A DNA stretch of 64,000 nucleotides from assembly GCA_964035545.1 (NCBI GenBank), contig OZ037765.1:16678995-16742994 (forward strand), read 5' to 3'. The stretch comes from Bugula neritina. Lineage: Eukaryota; Animalia; Bryozoa. The position numbers and the translations under genes are program-made. Positions within the stretch are counted from its first letter, which is position 1; every line of letters begins with the position of its first letter. Below, piece after piece: positions 13,503-28,000 of the stretch. Below the pieces are notes generated by a model. The model ran no database searches, was not told the origin of the DNA, and saw only the letters and a program-made list of their open reading frames with translations.

Positions 13503-16046
13503 ATGGCTGGTCTCACATCTGCATTGGCTAGCTTGCAAGATGTCTTAGAAGTGAAAGGTTCTGCCATCAGCGAACCAGGGCTGTGGAGTATCCTATGTTT
13601 GTCAACAGAAGCTTTGCAAGACATCTTGTTCACAGGTATGTTGAAACACTAAAGAGCAGAAAGCCAAATATATGGTAACTTCAAACTAACTGAATTTTGT
13701 TTAAAACTGATATGGTTGTGAGTCGAGTATTGCCTATGCTGAAATTTTGTTAAGCAAAATAAGTTTTGTGTTTACACTTGATGTAAATTTCTTTCAAGTT
13801 TTTTTCCATAATATAATATAATAATGTATTTCGTACTTTTCTAGTATAGCAATTCCCTTGTGCAATCTAAAGTTCATCTGCTGCTCTGCATGTCATTAGA
13901 GAACTTGAGATTTACTAAATTTACCTATCATAAAAATATGTGCATAAAACAGTTTGTATTATATAAGGAGGCAAAAGTGTTGTTTAAGGGCACCGTGTAA
14001 GGTTAAAAGATACAGCAGTAATCTTTTTTATAGCAGTTTCACACCTGTAGACTGTATTTTAACAGTAAGCAAAGCACTATTTTGGTTAGAATCACAGAGT
14101 CTCCTGCTTTCTGTCTATATATAAAATACTGTAGTGGCCATAGATCATAGACCTGTTACTTTAGCCAAAAAATACCTTGCTAACTAGTTATCTGTCAGTG
14201 TAACTCATAGTATGCCTCATTTACTATTTTATACTTTACATATTGCAGTTATTAGAGCTAAAAGAGGTAATATCACTGAAATATTTTAATAGTGTTTGCT
14301 TTGTTCACATATTTTGTTTACAGTGAATACATTTTGACTTATCTTGGATATTTGCACACTGTTACTACAGGCTCTATTATAATATCAATACTCCCAGTGT
14401 CTCTAAGATGTTATTAGTGACATTTCAGAGAATAATCGTTTAATAATTTTTGGTAATGCCCACCACAGCTGCTATGTTACTTGTAAAACTGTAAATACAT
14501 TTTGGAGTGTGAATTTCTCATTATTATGCTGAACATGATGAGTTATGTAAAATTCTATTGGCCACTGCAATTTGTGCCGTGTTACCAAGTGGTTAGGTTC
14601 AAGCTAGTAAATATGTATTTCTAATATTTTACAGATAATAGGGCTGATTGGGATCACTTGAGTAAAGTGCTGGTCACTCCAGACACTGTGTATATGGGAC
14701 CAGATGGTAAAGTTAGACTTGACACACAGCCTCTACAATCATTCCTTTCTAGTGATTTTTGTGCTCCTGAGTGGCGATTACAGACGAGTCATGATAAATC
14801 TAGTTTAGAAAAGGTGAAGCAGCATATGTTATAAGATTAGCTATTATTTAAGTTGTTTTTGTCAACATTGATGACCAGTTAGTATATTTATATCAGTTGA
14901 CTGTTTTTGAGGAATTATTTTTTTCCCTTCCATCCAGCAAAACTGCAATTTATTGATTTTCGTTATTTCAATTTTTTTTGATATTCAGAATTTAGCTTTT
15001 CTGAACACAAGAATGTAGGCCACTGTTATGTAAGCTTTAAAGTATTTCTGCACTGAGAATTACGGATATATATGTAACGTGCAAGCAATCAGGCTTCAGC
15101 TTCAATTATTACTGTCCATTTCATCTGTTCTATACACAGGGAGTCAGAAACACTTTAACAAATTTATTTCTAGTATCTTTTTAACTTTAGTTCTGGATCT
15201 ACTCTTTGGGCATGACTCTATACAAAGCTGCTGACTACAACAAAAACCGTGATGAGGTATGTCGTCAAATATTGTGTTACGTTGTACAAATTGCATAGTA
15301 TATTATAATAATAGTTGGTGACAATTACTTTCAATATTTAGTATTTTATATTCTGAGTTATGAAAGTGATATGCATGTCCAATACCCACACCTGTTACTC
15401 TACTGTTATACCCATGCATGTTTACTACTGAAGGTTTTGTAGCTGTGTTAGTGCTGTATTTACTATATTGTGAACTTGCTATTGTATTTCATAACAATAC
15501 AAAGAATGTTCAGATCAATATTTATATCCCCTTGATAGAAGCCTTTTAGTTATGAATGTAAGCTGCCTTTATTATCATAACAATATAATGCTTTCTTCAG
15601 TTTGAATTTTAGCCAATTAAAACAATCTCACTAAAGTTTTTCTATTTTTGGATTTTTCATATATAATATGTACAGCAAAGAAACATTGACTATGCTGGTT
15701 ATATTACTCTTCAAAATAATTTATACAAGTTTTGCAGTACAAAAGAAACCAGTATTTTAGCCTCCATAGTACAATTGCTACTCTGTGCCAAAGCAGAATT
15801 ATAATAGGCAATTTTATTGGTTGTGTCTTATATGATTCTCAATGCTTCCTATGCTCCAAGGAACTGGATATAAGCCCCAGCCTACACTCAGTCTTGTCGG
15901 ATATGTGTGAAAGGAATGCTGACCTTCGGCTAACCTTGACGCAGGTAATGCAGTTCAGTTCGTCACACGCTGCCAACAGAATGACTGAGTCTTTTGGTGT
16001 TCATATAGTGAGGATGTATGAGCTGGTGTTTGGATCAGCCGACAAT
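13503..16046 (+). other. PTPN13: PTPN13 KIND-domain exons (13503-13635, 14635-14813, 15191-15256, 15861-16046)
   Basis: GT-AG bounded exons in consistent phase; SLQDVLEVKG..LWSIL, FCAPE, IYSLGMTLY, LHSVLSDMCE match KIND motifs. Confidence 0.88.
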
Positions 16047-19000
16047 GTAAGTATGTTCATATCACATTGTGTGTTGATTAACAGTATCTTGTGTTGCATG
16101 ATGAGACATTTTAGTTGAGTCCTGATTGTCTTGTTTTAAATGCCTAGCAGCTTTTATTTGCTTTTAAGTAAATATTGTCAACAGGTGTTTACGCTTGGCT
16201 GTGCTGTAACTTTTAGTATTTTAATAGTGTTTGCTCAGCTGATATTCGAATTAAAGAGTTATGCTAATAAGCAATCTTTGATTAAAAACTAATGAACCAT
16301 TTATTTAAAAGCTTGGAATAACTACAGTCTTTGCTAGGTTCTAGGTGCTAGGTACTTTATATCAGATTGTGTAACACCAATGATCTATCAATGCCAAATT
16401 TCATACGTGTTTAGATTTCAGGAGACAATACCTTCCCATCAAGCATACAATCTTTTCCACAAACTCCCATCATTCACGGTATGTTTTTTGAGATTATCGC
16501 TGTTTTTTTGTCATATTTATAATGTTATAAATAACAACATTCCAAAAATTAGATTAAAAATAAGAACAAAAATATTCTAATATTTTCAATGTGATGGTTT
16601 TATCTGTAGAAGATGTATGAATTTTTGTGTCTTTGCAAATATTTGGACAGATCTTAATAAATAGCTAATGGAAGAAAAACTATTTTTCATTTCATTAATT
16701 CTTAGTTTCACAAATGGTTGTATAGTGAAAAATTGCTCATTTTTTATTGAAAATCTAAGCTCCAAATTAATAATAAGAAACTTAAGTTAGACCCAAATAT
16801 TCTTTGCTTTTGAATTCTTATGAATGGTGGTTCATTAAAAGAACTATCTGTTGTTGATTTATAATTTGGTGAGGTGGTATCCATAAATACCTTTAAACCC
16901 ATTTTGTAACCTGATTGTAACAGAGAAATAAACTAATTTTTCAACTTATAAATTAATGTGACCTTCTGAATATTTGCATAAATTTTAATTTTACTTAAGG
17001 TTATATTTTACTAAAATCCTTTGTACTAAATCAATAATAGATTACATAATTCACTTGCACTGAGCCATGACATGCAGTGTATTATATACATTTTCAGTAA
17101 CACATTGGAATAATAGATAGCAGTTCTATTTAGTTGTGTACCCTTTTTGTTACTGATTCTAAGATTGCAAGTCGATTCAACTTATACTACAAGCCCTTAA
17201 GAATTATTTTTCTTCAATTTTATGATGGCAGATGATCAGTTAGTGGATGGTGTGCGGCCAGCTTTCACTGGTGAGTCTGTCGTCAATGAAGCTGCTTCTA
17301 GTCGACTTTCAATCAGCCAGTTTCATCCTGCATCTGCACATTCTACTTACTCTTACCCCAAGCATTCTGCCACTCCCCACACCTTTGACTTGGCTCATAC
17401 TGTTCAAGATAGTATCAAACTAAATAAACTCAAAATGAATAAAGCTCAACATAAGTATAGCGTAAATGGACAAACTGGATACAGCCATCCAATGTTCTCA
17501 TTGAATGAAATCAGATTAATGCATGAACCACGCCTCTCTTTGCCAACTGATAACAATTTCTACAGCCAGCCAACTTCTCCAGTGAATTCCTACAACACAG
17601 GGCCACTTCTGAGAGATAGCTATTTACAGCATGCTTATGATAAGTTATCACAACGCAGAGCTTTACTTTCAGCCATCAGGTTAGTATTTAAGTTAATGTC
17701 TTACAAACAAAGTTTAATGGCTTTAGCTGATTAGACAGGTAGTAGATTCTACAAGTATTCTAACTTTTACTACAGACGCAGCTTAAGTAGTGACAACATG
17801 GGTGACCACTCAGTTCATTTGGATCAGTATCAGAGATCTACAGGTGATTTGTTAGCCTCTACTCATTCCATCAACCATGGCACGTTCTACCCTGCCCAGT
17901 ATAATCAAGAAAACTTCTTACCGCGTGAGAGAATTCGACCGCATAGTGCGTACCAGTTACAGCCACCAGATATTATGCACCACCTAGAGAGACCTAACAG
18001 TGCACACCCTATATTTTCATGGTAATCATTATAATATAGTTTTATTTTTTAGAATTGTGTCTTAAGTTGAAGTAATAGTAGGGTTTGTCCTTAATGTTCA
18101 TAATTTGATTTATGAACATTTCTTTAAAATACTACTCATAGAGTTATTGATACTAGATTCTATCAGAATTTTTGTTCTGTTGGGCAAATTCCAATCCTCT
18201 GCTCACATGTAATATACAGATTAATAGCTTATGAGTCATCATATATGGATTTCTACTAGTTTGCATGATACCCCCATACTACTTGTTATATAATTTATTA
18301 ATTTCTAGTGGTGAACATGATGAGACAGATGCTGTTCTTAAAGACGCAGAGGTCAAGAGGGCGCTGTTGACCAGCACTCATCAAGATGCATCACACCGTA
18401 CTCTGTTTGCTGACATCACCAAATCAAACACACCTGTAGTACCTCCCAATACTCGACAGCATAGACCAAAGACTAGTTCTAAAGTGGCAGCAGATAAGAA
18501 ACCAATTAAAGTAAGTAGTTACTCACTCATTACTTCTAGTTTACGAGCTTAATTTATAATTATGTTTTTCATTACAGGCAAAATGAGATACTGTTTGCTT
18601 CTACTCGAAACTCATTTCTAAGAAGGCAATTAGTTTTTAGTATCTCCTAAATTCAGTTATATAGCAACTATTGGCCTAACTACGAAATTAAAGAAGGCTC
18701 CCTAATTGATTTATGAAGTGTGGCAATTTGCAAAATATCATAGCTACAAAATAAATTTACTCCTGGAGTTGTGTGTTCAAGCAAATTAATTGTTTATTAT
18801 GTTTTGTGCACACATCTTCTCAATTAATTTTCAACCGTATGTTGATGCTGTCAAACTTTGGTTCAGTTACCATAGCATTACACAACTAATATTAATCACT
18901 GTTGAATTTTATTACATGTTATTCTTCTTTGTATGCATATACTATTTTGTATGTACTATTAGACTGGTAATTATATAATTATGGTATGTGCTATTGCACT

Positions 19001-22000
19001 GTGTTAAATGTTGATGTAATTCTGTGATCTGTCATGTGTCAAGACATTTTGCTAAGTTTATCACTGCACCATATTATAGTGATTTCCATATATATAAATA
19101 GCAACACCATTAAATATTGTCATATTATTTAGCAGCAGGCTAATGGTGGCCCTGAGTTTGTGCGGGTAGCAAGTCAACCCATCAAAAAACTGAAAGATAT
19201 TTTACCTGTAAGTACCACCTAAATCAGGTACTTCTTGCGTTTATATGTTACTTCAAACTTCATAAAATAATAATTTGAGATGCTTGCTGAAATTTTATGA
19301 TGAGCGTGTCTTTAAGGTTGTGGTTAGGCTGTGCAATTTTTTGCTACAAACAACTCCTTGTGTAAAGTGTGTGCATTGCTAATTTAGTGCTGCAACTTTA
19401 TCATATGTAATAATTGAAAATTGTAATCTCAAAGTAATTTCATAATTTTAAATTACGCAAACTAGAAGAAATGACGTATGGCTGCTAAAGTTTCAACATT
19501 TCTTAATTTATTAGGATTGTTTGGTGTAGCTGTAAACACATATATATTCTGCAGATGAACAATATATGTGTACTGGGTTTCTTTTCAAAAGACAATTGAT
19601 ATTTTGTGGTTTGATAAGTAATAATGATAGATTCAAACATAGTTTTTGTTTAAATTTAGTTTAGTTTAGCTTTATTTTATATGTATATAATTGTTATTTT
19701 AGTATAATATTATTACATCATTACTGCAAATGCTTTATAGAAATATTGGCTAGCTGTAAATTTGTTGAAACACAAATGAATAAAATTAAAAATATGTCAC
19801 TATTTCTTACCTGTCATCACATTATAGACAAATAGTTTATTGGGATTGTAAGACTATGTTTAATAACTTTGAGAATATGACTCTCATTTAGTTGAAGAAT
19901 CAGAATAAAGGCCCTGCTGTGACTGTACTCATTGAAATGCTGACTGGGGAAAGACTTCAACTTAGCTGTCCTACTTCTACTACGGGGAGACAACTCTTTG
20001 ATGTGTTGTTGAGGGAAGCCAATCTGCCGGAGAATTATTTCTTTGGACTGTCATATATCACAGGTTAAACACAAATTCTTGACTTTAACTTAAAATTCTC
20101 AGTGGTTGTAGTTTAGGAAATTTCAATTTTTCAGCAATTTTTAATTTTTTACTAATTAAAATTAGAAGTGGTTTTGAATCGTAACTACCCATAGATTGAC
20201 CAGCTTCAACACTTATCATTTTATATTCCCATGTACAATCTTCTTACCATGTAGATGTATATGTTTAGGAGGTGAGCACGTTTTCCTTCAGTCTGACAAA
20301 AGCATAGAAAAGTATGTACCTGGTCTGAAGAAAAAGACCTTTTCCGCTAAGAAGTCTCCAAGGAATATGTTGTTTAGTGTACACCAACGTGTCAAATTTT
20401 ACATCAAAGCCTTGTCACAGCTCAGGTAATGTTTTCAGCATTTTGTGTTTTAGCTTCATTTTTTTAAATTTTTTAGTTATTGTAAAGCAGTAAGGATATT
20501 TTCACTAAAGGTTTCTTATGTTATTAAAAGTTTTGCATCCTTGACTTGATTTGTATTGTAGACATAAGCATACACAGCATCTACTCTATCTTCAACTAAG
20601 ACGAGATATTATAGAGGATAGACTCAGAGGAGAGGATAAGGAGATGCTAAGTCTAACAGGATTAGCTCTGCAGGCGGAGTATGGAGATTATGATGTTACC
20701 AAACACCATCTCAATTACTTTGTTCTTTCATGCTACTTTCCTGCAAGGTATGTTGGTGTGTTTATCGATTTATGGTCTGTGCACTTGTTGGAAATTTGCA
20801 TTTCAGTTTGTAAATTAATTTAATTAAAAACTGAAATTAACTTTTTTAGTATTTGATTAATTGCTTGGACTGTACCAGTTTGCTTGCCATTATCTTTGTG
20901 AGCGCCGGACTGTTTCAATGTAGAAGGAATCTACACCAAATGTGCAAGTTTTAAGAGTTTTATCATCTACTACGTAGTGCTGGCCAAAGTCATACATCAT
21001 AAATATGCTCTTTGCTAGGTTTTAAAGTTTATAAAAAGTGAATATGTGTTTTTGATCTCTTTCAACAGAATATTGAAGAGAATGAACAAGATGAGGCAAG
21101 TTATAGTAAACAAGCATGCTGCCAACGCTGGTCTATCTGCTGTTGCTGCCGAAGCTAGGTTTATTGAGGTTAGTTATAGAATTAGACTCTGCTAATTAAT
21201 ATTTGCATTGTGTGGAAATACATATTTGTTTTTTTTAATTACATTTTATATCATTTTCATTATATTATTGTAGGAGGCTATGGAGTTGCACGAGTATGGG
21301 ATTCATTTCTACAGTGTGTATAAGGTACATATCAATTGTGTTCTAATAGTATTTAAACTATTTACAGTGTTCAATATAATATTATATACATACATATATA
21401 TACATATACATATATATACACGAGTTCGCAAGTATATATATATGTATATGTGTGTGTAAGCTATGCCTTTACCTTGCGCACTTCATTTTTGGATGTTGAA
21501 ATTTTGTAGACTTCAATGACTTGTTGTGTAACAGTTTTCGTATCATTAGTAAACTTGGTACTTGCTAATTCTAATGAGCTCAGAATGTTGTTGACTGTTG
21601 AAGCATATTATGTCATGTTAAAACTCGTGAGATATAAATGACTGAAACTGTCTTACTGAGTCATCATTCAACCTTGCAACTTGACCTTCCTATCTCATAT
21701 AGTGTGTATTTTGCTGCACCTATTGTATACAATAAGTCTCCAGTTTTTTGCTGACATAACAAAGTGTCTTGTGGCAAGTGATCTCTGGCCTGTAGATACT
21801 AGTAATTAGACTATTATGTACTTTCATTCTGTAAACTTATATACTAAGATTTTAAATTTGCTCACTTTACATACTTATGCTGTCGAGACTTTTTCTTGGT
21901 ATACTTAATTTGAGCTCACATTGCAGATAGCCTCAGGCTACTACTTACTCTAAGAAATCTTTGTATATCTTCAGATCAAAGATGATCCCCTTTCACAGGC

Positions 22001-25000
22001 ATGGGTTGGCATAACGTCCAGAGGCTTAGCTCTGGCTGAGAAAAGAAGCAAGAACAGGTTTATTGTACAAAGATGCTCGTGGGATAACATAGCTAAATTA
22101 TCTTTTAACAAAGAGAAGTTTACTATTAAGCCGTATAGTCATTCTGATGATCCTATAAAAATACAGAGATACACGGAGTCCTACAGGAAGTAAGTGTTTG
22201 TGTTGCTTAGTAGCCGGTAACTAAGTAGATATAGTTACTAATGCCCTGATATTATCTGTTGATATATCTACTGGGTTGATATATAGAGCACTGGTTGCAT
22301 ACTGGATTAGGTAAACGAAGGGAGGATAACTGAGTCTTATAAAGTGATTAGGTACGCTGGTTATTATGGCATCAATAATTACTTTTTTTATCAAAATAAG
22401 TTATAAATATCAATTATCATTCCATACATTTACACTATAACATATCTTTAGGGAAAATTATGCTATCGGCCTACCAAATAAAATATTTGGTGAAAGTAGT
22501 AGTGCCGTAATTGAATGAATAGCTTTTCAAATGTTTAGTTTTATAACTAGTTCAAGGTATGAAGGGGGAGTAGGAAAAGACACTTTTAATACTTGATCAA
22601 TTGTGGACTTTTTATGGCGTAGTAGTGTCATTTGTAGATAAAGTTCCTATGGCTAAGATTTAGTTCTTATTTTGGTTGGGAATGGCTTTTCTAAAGCAAA
22701 TTGTAATATAAAATTCTACCAGCTTTCTACCAATTTTAAAGCTATGTTTGTATGATGTTTTAATAGAAGTAAGTACCTAATATGGCTGTCAGAAGAACAC
22801 CATGCATTCCTGATGCAGAGCATGTTGTCTGGAGACTTTACACACCCGTATCATCAGATTGCTGCCACAACTAATTCTTATGAAGAAGGGGAAGAGGCAG
22901 AAGTTGATGAGTTTGAAGAGGATGAGCTCTCAGAAGAAGTCTACGAGCCGGACATCTATGACGTGGAAGTGAGCTATTTCTTATCTAAATAACTCAACTC
23001 TGATCTGGTCTCATTTTTACATTTTGAATACATTAGTCAGGTTGTATTTTGTTATTCATTTTAAAATCGACAAACCTTGAACATATCATTTCGATTTTGA
23101 ATTTTAATTTTAAATTCTAAATAATTTTTTGTTGTTGGAATTAAGGACCTAATTTGAATTCATCGTGTAGCCTTGCAGAGATTCAACAGTTTTTACTCAT
23201 GTACAGATCAACTGTAAAACAGTTATCATATTTTTATAATTGCTTCATAGCTATAGTAATGCTTTGGTTATTAACAACTCACATTTATCATGGTTTCATA
23301 AACATGTGTCCTGAGTACACAAAAATTTAACTTTTAAGCATTTATATTTTTACATTATCTTGCTCTAACTTTATAATATTATGCTGTTTTTTTCTTAGCC
23401 CCCTTCAAAGAGTATGCGTATAGCTACAAAGGTAGTAGATGCATGTGCTAGTTGAACACCTATTTGTTATATGGTTTAGTATTCTAGATAAATATTTAGT
23501 ATTTGCTACAGCTTTCATCACTATTAGTGTTTTTGTGATCACAGTCATTTGCTTTTACTACACACTAGATGCACACTGTTAACATGTACATAGCCTGACT
23601 AGCATTACATTCATGCAATATTAACCTTTTAGTGATTGTTTGTCTTTTTTTAATCTCGACAAGTTATTGGAATGGTGTGTATTTTTATGATTAATAAATG
23701 GCATGGCTGGAAGATTGGATGTTTTATAGGACCTTGGAGAGGTTTCATCCTATCAGTTTCAGCACGGAGACCCCCCAGTACCAGTGTCTGCTGCAAATCT
23801 CCAGGCTATACCAAGCAGCAGTAAGAGACGCGAGATAGATGTCCCTGTGTTGGAACCTCCAGGCTATGGTGTGAGTCCTCCTGATGTGGAAGAGACACTT
23901 TCTGGTAAGCAGCGTTAGTTGTGGTTGCGAGATGATGGACACCAGCCTTGGAGTTGTCTGCTCAAATAGTTTACTGACAATTTTGTTTTCTGCAGAGTCT
24001 TTAGAAGCAAGACTTGATGAGCTTTCTGCCGATAGCCCTGAAAAGAGGTTTGTTGTGGTGAAGCTACATAGGGACTCAACTTCTGGTATTGGAATTAAGC
24101 TTGCTGGGAGCTCCAGTGGTGGAGTGTTCATTGCTTCGTTATTAGCAGGGGGTTCAGCTGAGCAAGATGGTACCTTGCAGATTGGGGATCGGGTTGTAGC
24201 TATTAATGGCATCAGCACTGAAGGTATTTTAGATCAAAATGTTGATGTTGACATCATCATTGTTTTATTTCTCTCACTTATTTATAATTTTATTTTTTCA
24301 ATAAATTCATGAACATTATTGTACGATACATATGTTTTATTGGCTTGTTTTCTTTTGTTACAGTGATTGATTTAAATCATGCCAAGGAGCAGATTAAAAA
24401 AGCTAATGATTATGTGGAGCTAATTGTATCCCAAGCTGTCTCGAGTTCATCACTCTCATCACAAGATGTTGTCACTAAGCATGCACACGGCAGCGAGGTG
24501 CCTCGTCACCATAACTCAGCTTGCAGCTTAAGCAGCAGCTCTATCTCAGAGTTTGATAGCAATGAGATTGAGACTGCAGCTCGAATTAGAGATGAAACTA
24601 TGCAGAGTCCTGAAGACTTGAAACACGCCAACACGTCTCCGCCTGAACCTGAAAAAACAAGAGAGGCTGTAAGTCTTGATTTTCCATTTACTTACATTAA
24701 AAGGAAGCAGCTCATTGTGTACTTGTATACTGTATGCTTTCACTATAAAACAGTTCTTGATCTTGATGATTTGATTTTACTGTAATAATGTTGTTTCCTT
24801 CGCTAAATCGCTTACTTTATCATTGTGGGTTTTTTCACAGAATTTATTGCATAATCATTAGTATGAATTTGGCGTATTCTTAATCATACACAACTGCCTA
24901 AGTACAAAGAAATGATTTAAAATTATACACATACATTATGAACTATTGGGTTATCTATACTATAAATTGTACATAGTCAAATCAGCCCGACAGGCAAACT

Positions 25001-28000
25001 AAACCTGAAGTACATTACTGTATTAATAGTAATTTAAGATATAAATTTTGTATGTGCTAAAAAGAAACAGCAATATTATATAGCAAGACTGTGCTAGGTT
25101 TAGAAAGCAGTAATGTGTATCATTGCACTGGAGTAGTCACAGGAAGCATAAAATCATTAGATGTATAGTGCAATAATATAACAACAAAATCTAGCATTGG
25201 TTGGCTTTACATTTTCTCAAGTTATCTGACTACTAGTTTATACCAGAAGGTAACGAACAGTTTAGAGACTAAACTTATGTGTAGTTGAAGGCAGAGCTTG
25301 AGGCCGAGGTGGCAGCTCTGAAAGCCGAGCCCCAGGACAGCATTGACATGAGTTTACACTACCAGCAACAGTTGGCAAAGTATCACCCTAAGCACAGGGC
25401 TCAGGGCCAGTCATCTATACAACTGCCTTTACCATCTGAACTCCCAGACAGCCCTTCACCTGGTACTCTTCCTTCTGTACACTCGAATTGGAGAGAAGAG
25501 ATGAGTTCACAAGATGCGTCTGCTGCTCTGTCTATGCCACCAATAACTAACATTGGTGAGTTCCTGATACTTTTTGTTTCAGCTAATAAAGAGCAGAGAA
25601 TTTGAGAATTTTTTCAGCTGCTTCTAATGCTTAGTGCGAAGAATATGTTTACAAGTTTTAACTACTTACATTATATGGCTACCCGCATGCACAAACTGTG
25701 TGTAATATGATTACAGATCATATCAGTTCAGATGAAGTAGAAGGTGAGGATGATGTCTCAATTCAGCAGCAGAAGCTACCCCAAACTACACGAGCATTCC
25801 GTCAGACGTCTATTGGGTCTATAGTGTCATCAGATGTAGATAGCAGCATAATTTCTGAACCCAATAGAAGGTTATCTGCCTTTGCTGCAGTATCCAAGAA
25901 TATGCAGTCTCAGCAGACTGTGAGATTGGGCACAAGTTCTTCTGGTTCTAGTACAATCTCGGAACATACAAGTACTTTCAAAGAGCAAGTATGTCAATAC
26001 ACGTTTGTTTTATTAATATTCACATGGTTTACCCCTTCTGTGTTCAACACATTGTGTTTTATGCAATTGTATAATTACACGCCTGCTATGTATTTAGGCT
26101 GCAAATCAACAGGAAGGTGAGAGAAAACTGGTGAACAATGACTATGAAGAAGCCAACAATCTCTCTAGTGAGTCTGATGAGAGTTCAGAGGACAAAGAGG
26201 TCTCTGAAATGCTGACAGGACAGAAACATACAGAGGAGCTATCATCAAGCTCTTCTAGTTTAGACAGGTGAAAATATGCAAGGGGTCTAGCCACACACCA
26301 TGTATTCAAATCATGAATAAAACACAATACCCTCAATTAATACTATCTGTAAGTTGTGCAAACTAGAAAAGTTGTCTCTTAGTTTGCTAGTATGGCTCTA
26401 TTAAAGGTGCCTCAACTATACAATATTTTATAGTAATTGTTAATTATTTTAGTAGGATTATACCTCTATGCTAACTTTTACTGGGCTTTGTTGCTTGTGT
26501 TGAAATATGTTGAGACAGATGTTTGTTGTGCTGTGTGAATTTTTCAACCATTGAAGCTGCTAATAGCTTAGATTCTAGTTTCCATTATTTAAAGTTTGTT
26601 TAAAAGACTCTAGAAATTCAGTTCAAAAAAATAGTGTGCCATGTAAAAATTGTTTGTTGGCACTTAGTATACAATGTACACAGTGTATACGCCATACACA
26701 CTTCTACATCAATCTTTTAGAATAGTAAGTTAGTCGCAGTTTTAACTTTTATATTTTTAGCTCGAGTTCTGAGAATGAAGATCTGATAAACTCAGCCAAC
26801 AACACATGGAAACTGAACTCTCGACTCAATACCCCTGTTCAAGATGACTTTTCAACAGGCGACAACTACTCTCTTGTGCTTCATAAAATCAACCAATCGT
26901 TGGGTCTAAACGTCACAGTAAGTGTAATGTGCTGAACTCATTGCATTGATTTCTATTTGGCTGTGGTTTTATTTAAATTTGCATTTATTAATAAAAATTA
27001 TCAATATTTTTGCTGAGCACTTTTTGCAATGAATTAGTGAAGCCCAGCTTCAACTATAATATTTTTTGAGCAATGTTGTAGTAATGTTATCACTTGCCTT
27101 TAAAACAAAGTTTTTAATTTACTTTAGGATAAATTATTTGTGGGCTTAAAGGAAATGGATATGTTATTTCTAAATATACCAAATCTAAACCGAACTTTAC
27201 TTTTTTTCATCAGGGTGGAACAAACACCAGTGTGAAGCATGGTGCTATTTACGTGAAGTCGCTAGTGCCAAATGGAGCAGCGGCTAACTCGGCTAGAATA
27301 CGTATTGGAGATAGGGTCATCTCAGTCAACAGCATAACTCTGACATCAGTTACTCACAAACAAGCTGTTGAAGCTCTGCGCAATGCTTCTACACCAGTCA
27401 CTTTAGTAATGGAGAGAGGAGAGCTTTCAGTTAGTAACTATAGAATATTATGTAGCAGCTGCAGTGCTTCGTAGCTCTGTTATCATAGCTCTGCCAATTC
27501 ACTGGCACCAAGTCTGTATAGTTAGAAAGTCTCAAATTGTAAATATATTGTAGACAATAATTGGTTTAAAAATGTTTTTTCGTGTTATAGTTTAACAGTT
27601 CTTTGGTAAAATATATCACTGAATCTCTTTTACTTTTTGGTATAATATTTTTACTATTTCAAATTAAATATTTTTCTTGTTAAGCATATATAAAAAGTGA
27701 CTATTGTTTTACTCAGGTAAGCAGCCCCTTACCTGGAGCATCTAGTTCCGCAGGACAGAAAGTTGAAGATGCGGAGGAAACACTTGATACTAACTCTATG
27801 CAAGAATCAAGGGTTGTAGCAAATCGCACTCCAGATCTTGAAAAGTTGTCTATTATTGCTCAAAGTTAGTTCAAATTCCATACTTCGAGTCAAATAAATG
27901 GTTATTTTTATGCATCATAATGTTTTTAACATTTCACTGAACTTATTTTGCGTTATTGTGGGTATTTTAATGCTATTTGGATTTTCACTAGTTTTAAAAT

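Noticed and set aside
19290-19400. Intronic C/D-box snoRNA (ATGATGA box)
   Set aside because: No paired terminal stem or properly placed CTGA box found.
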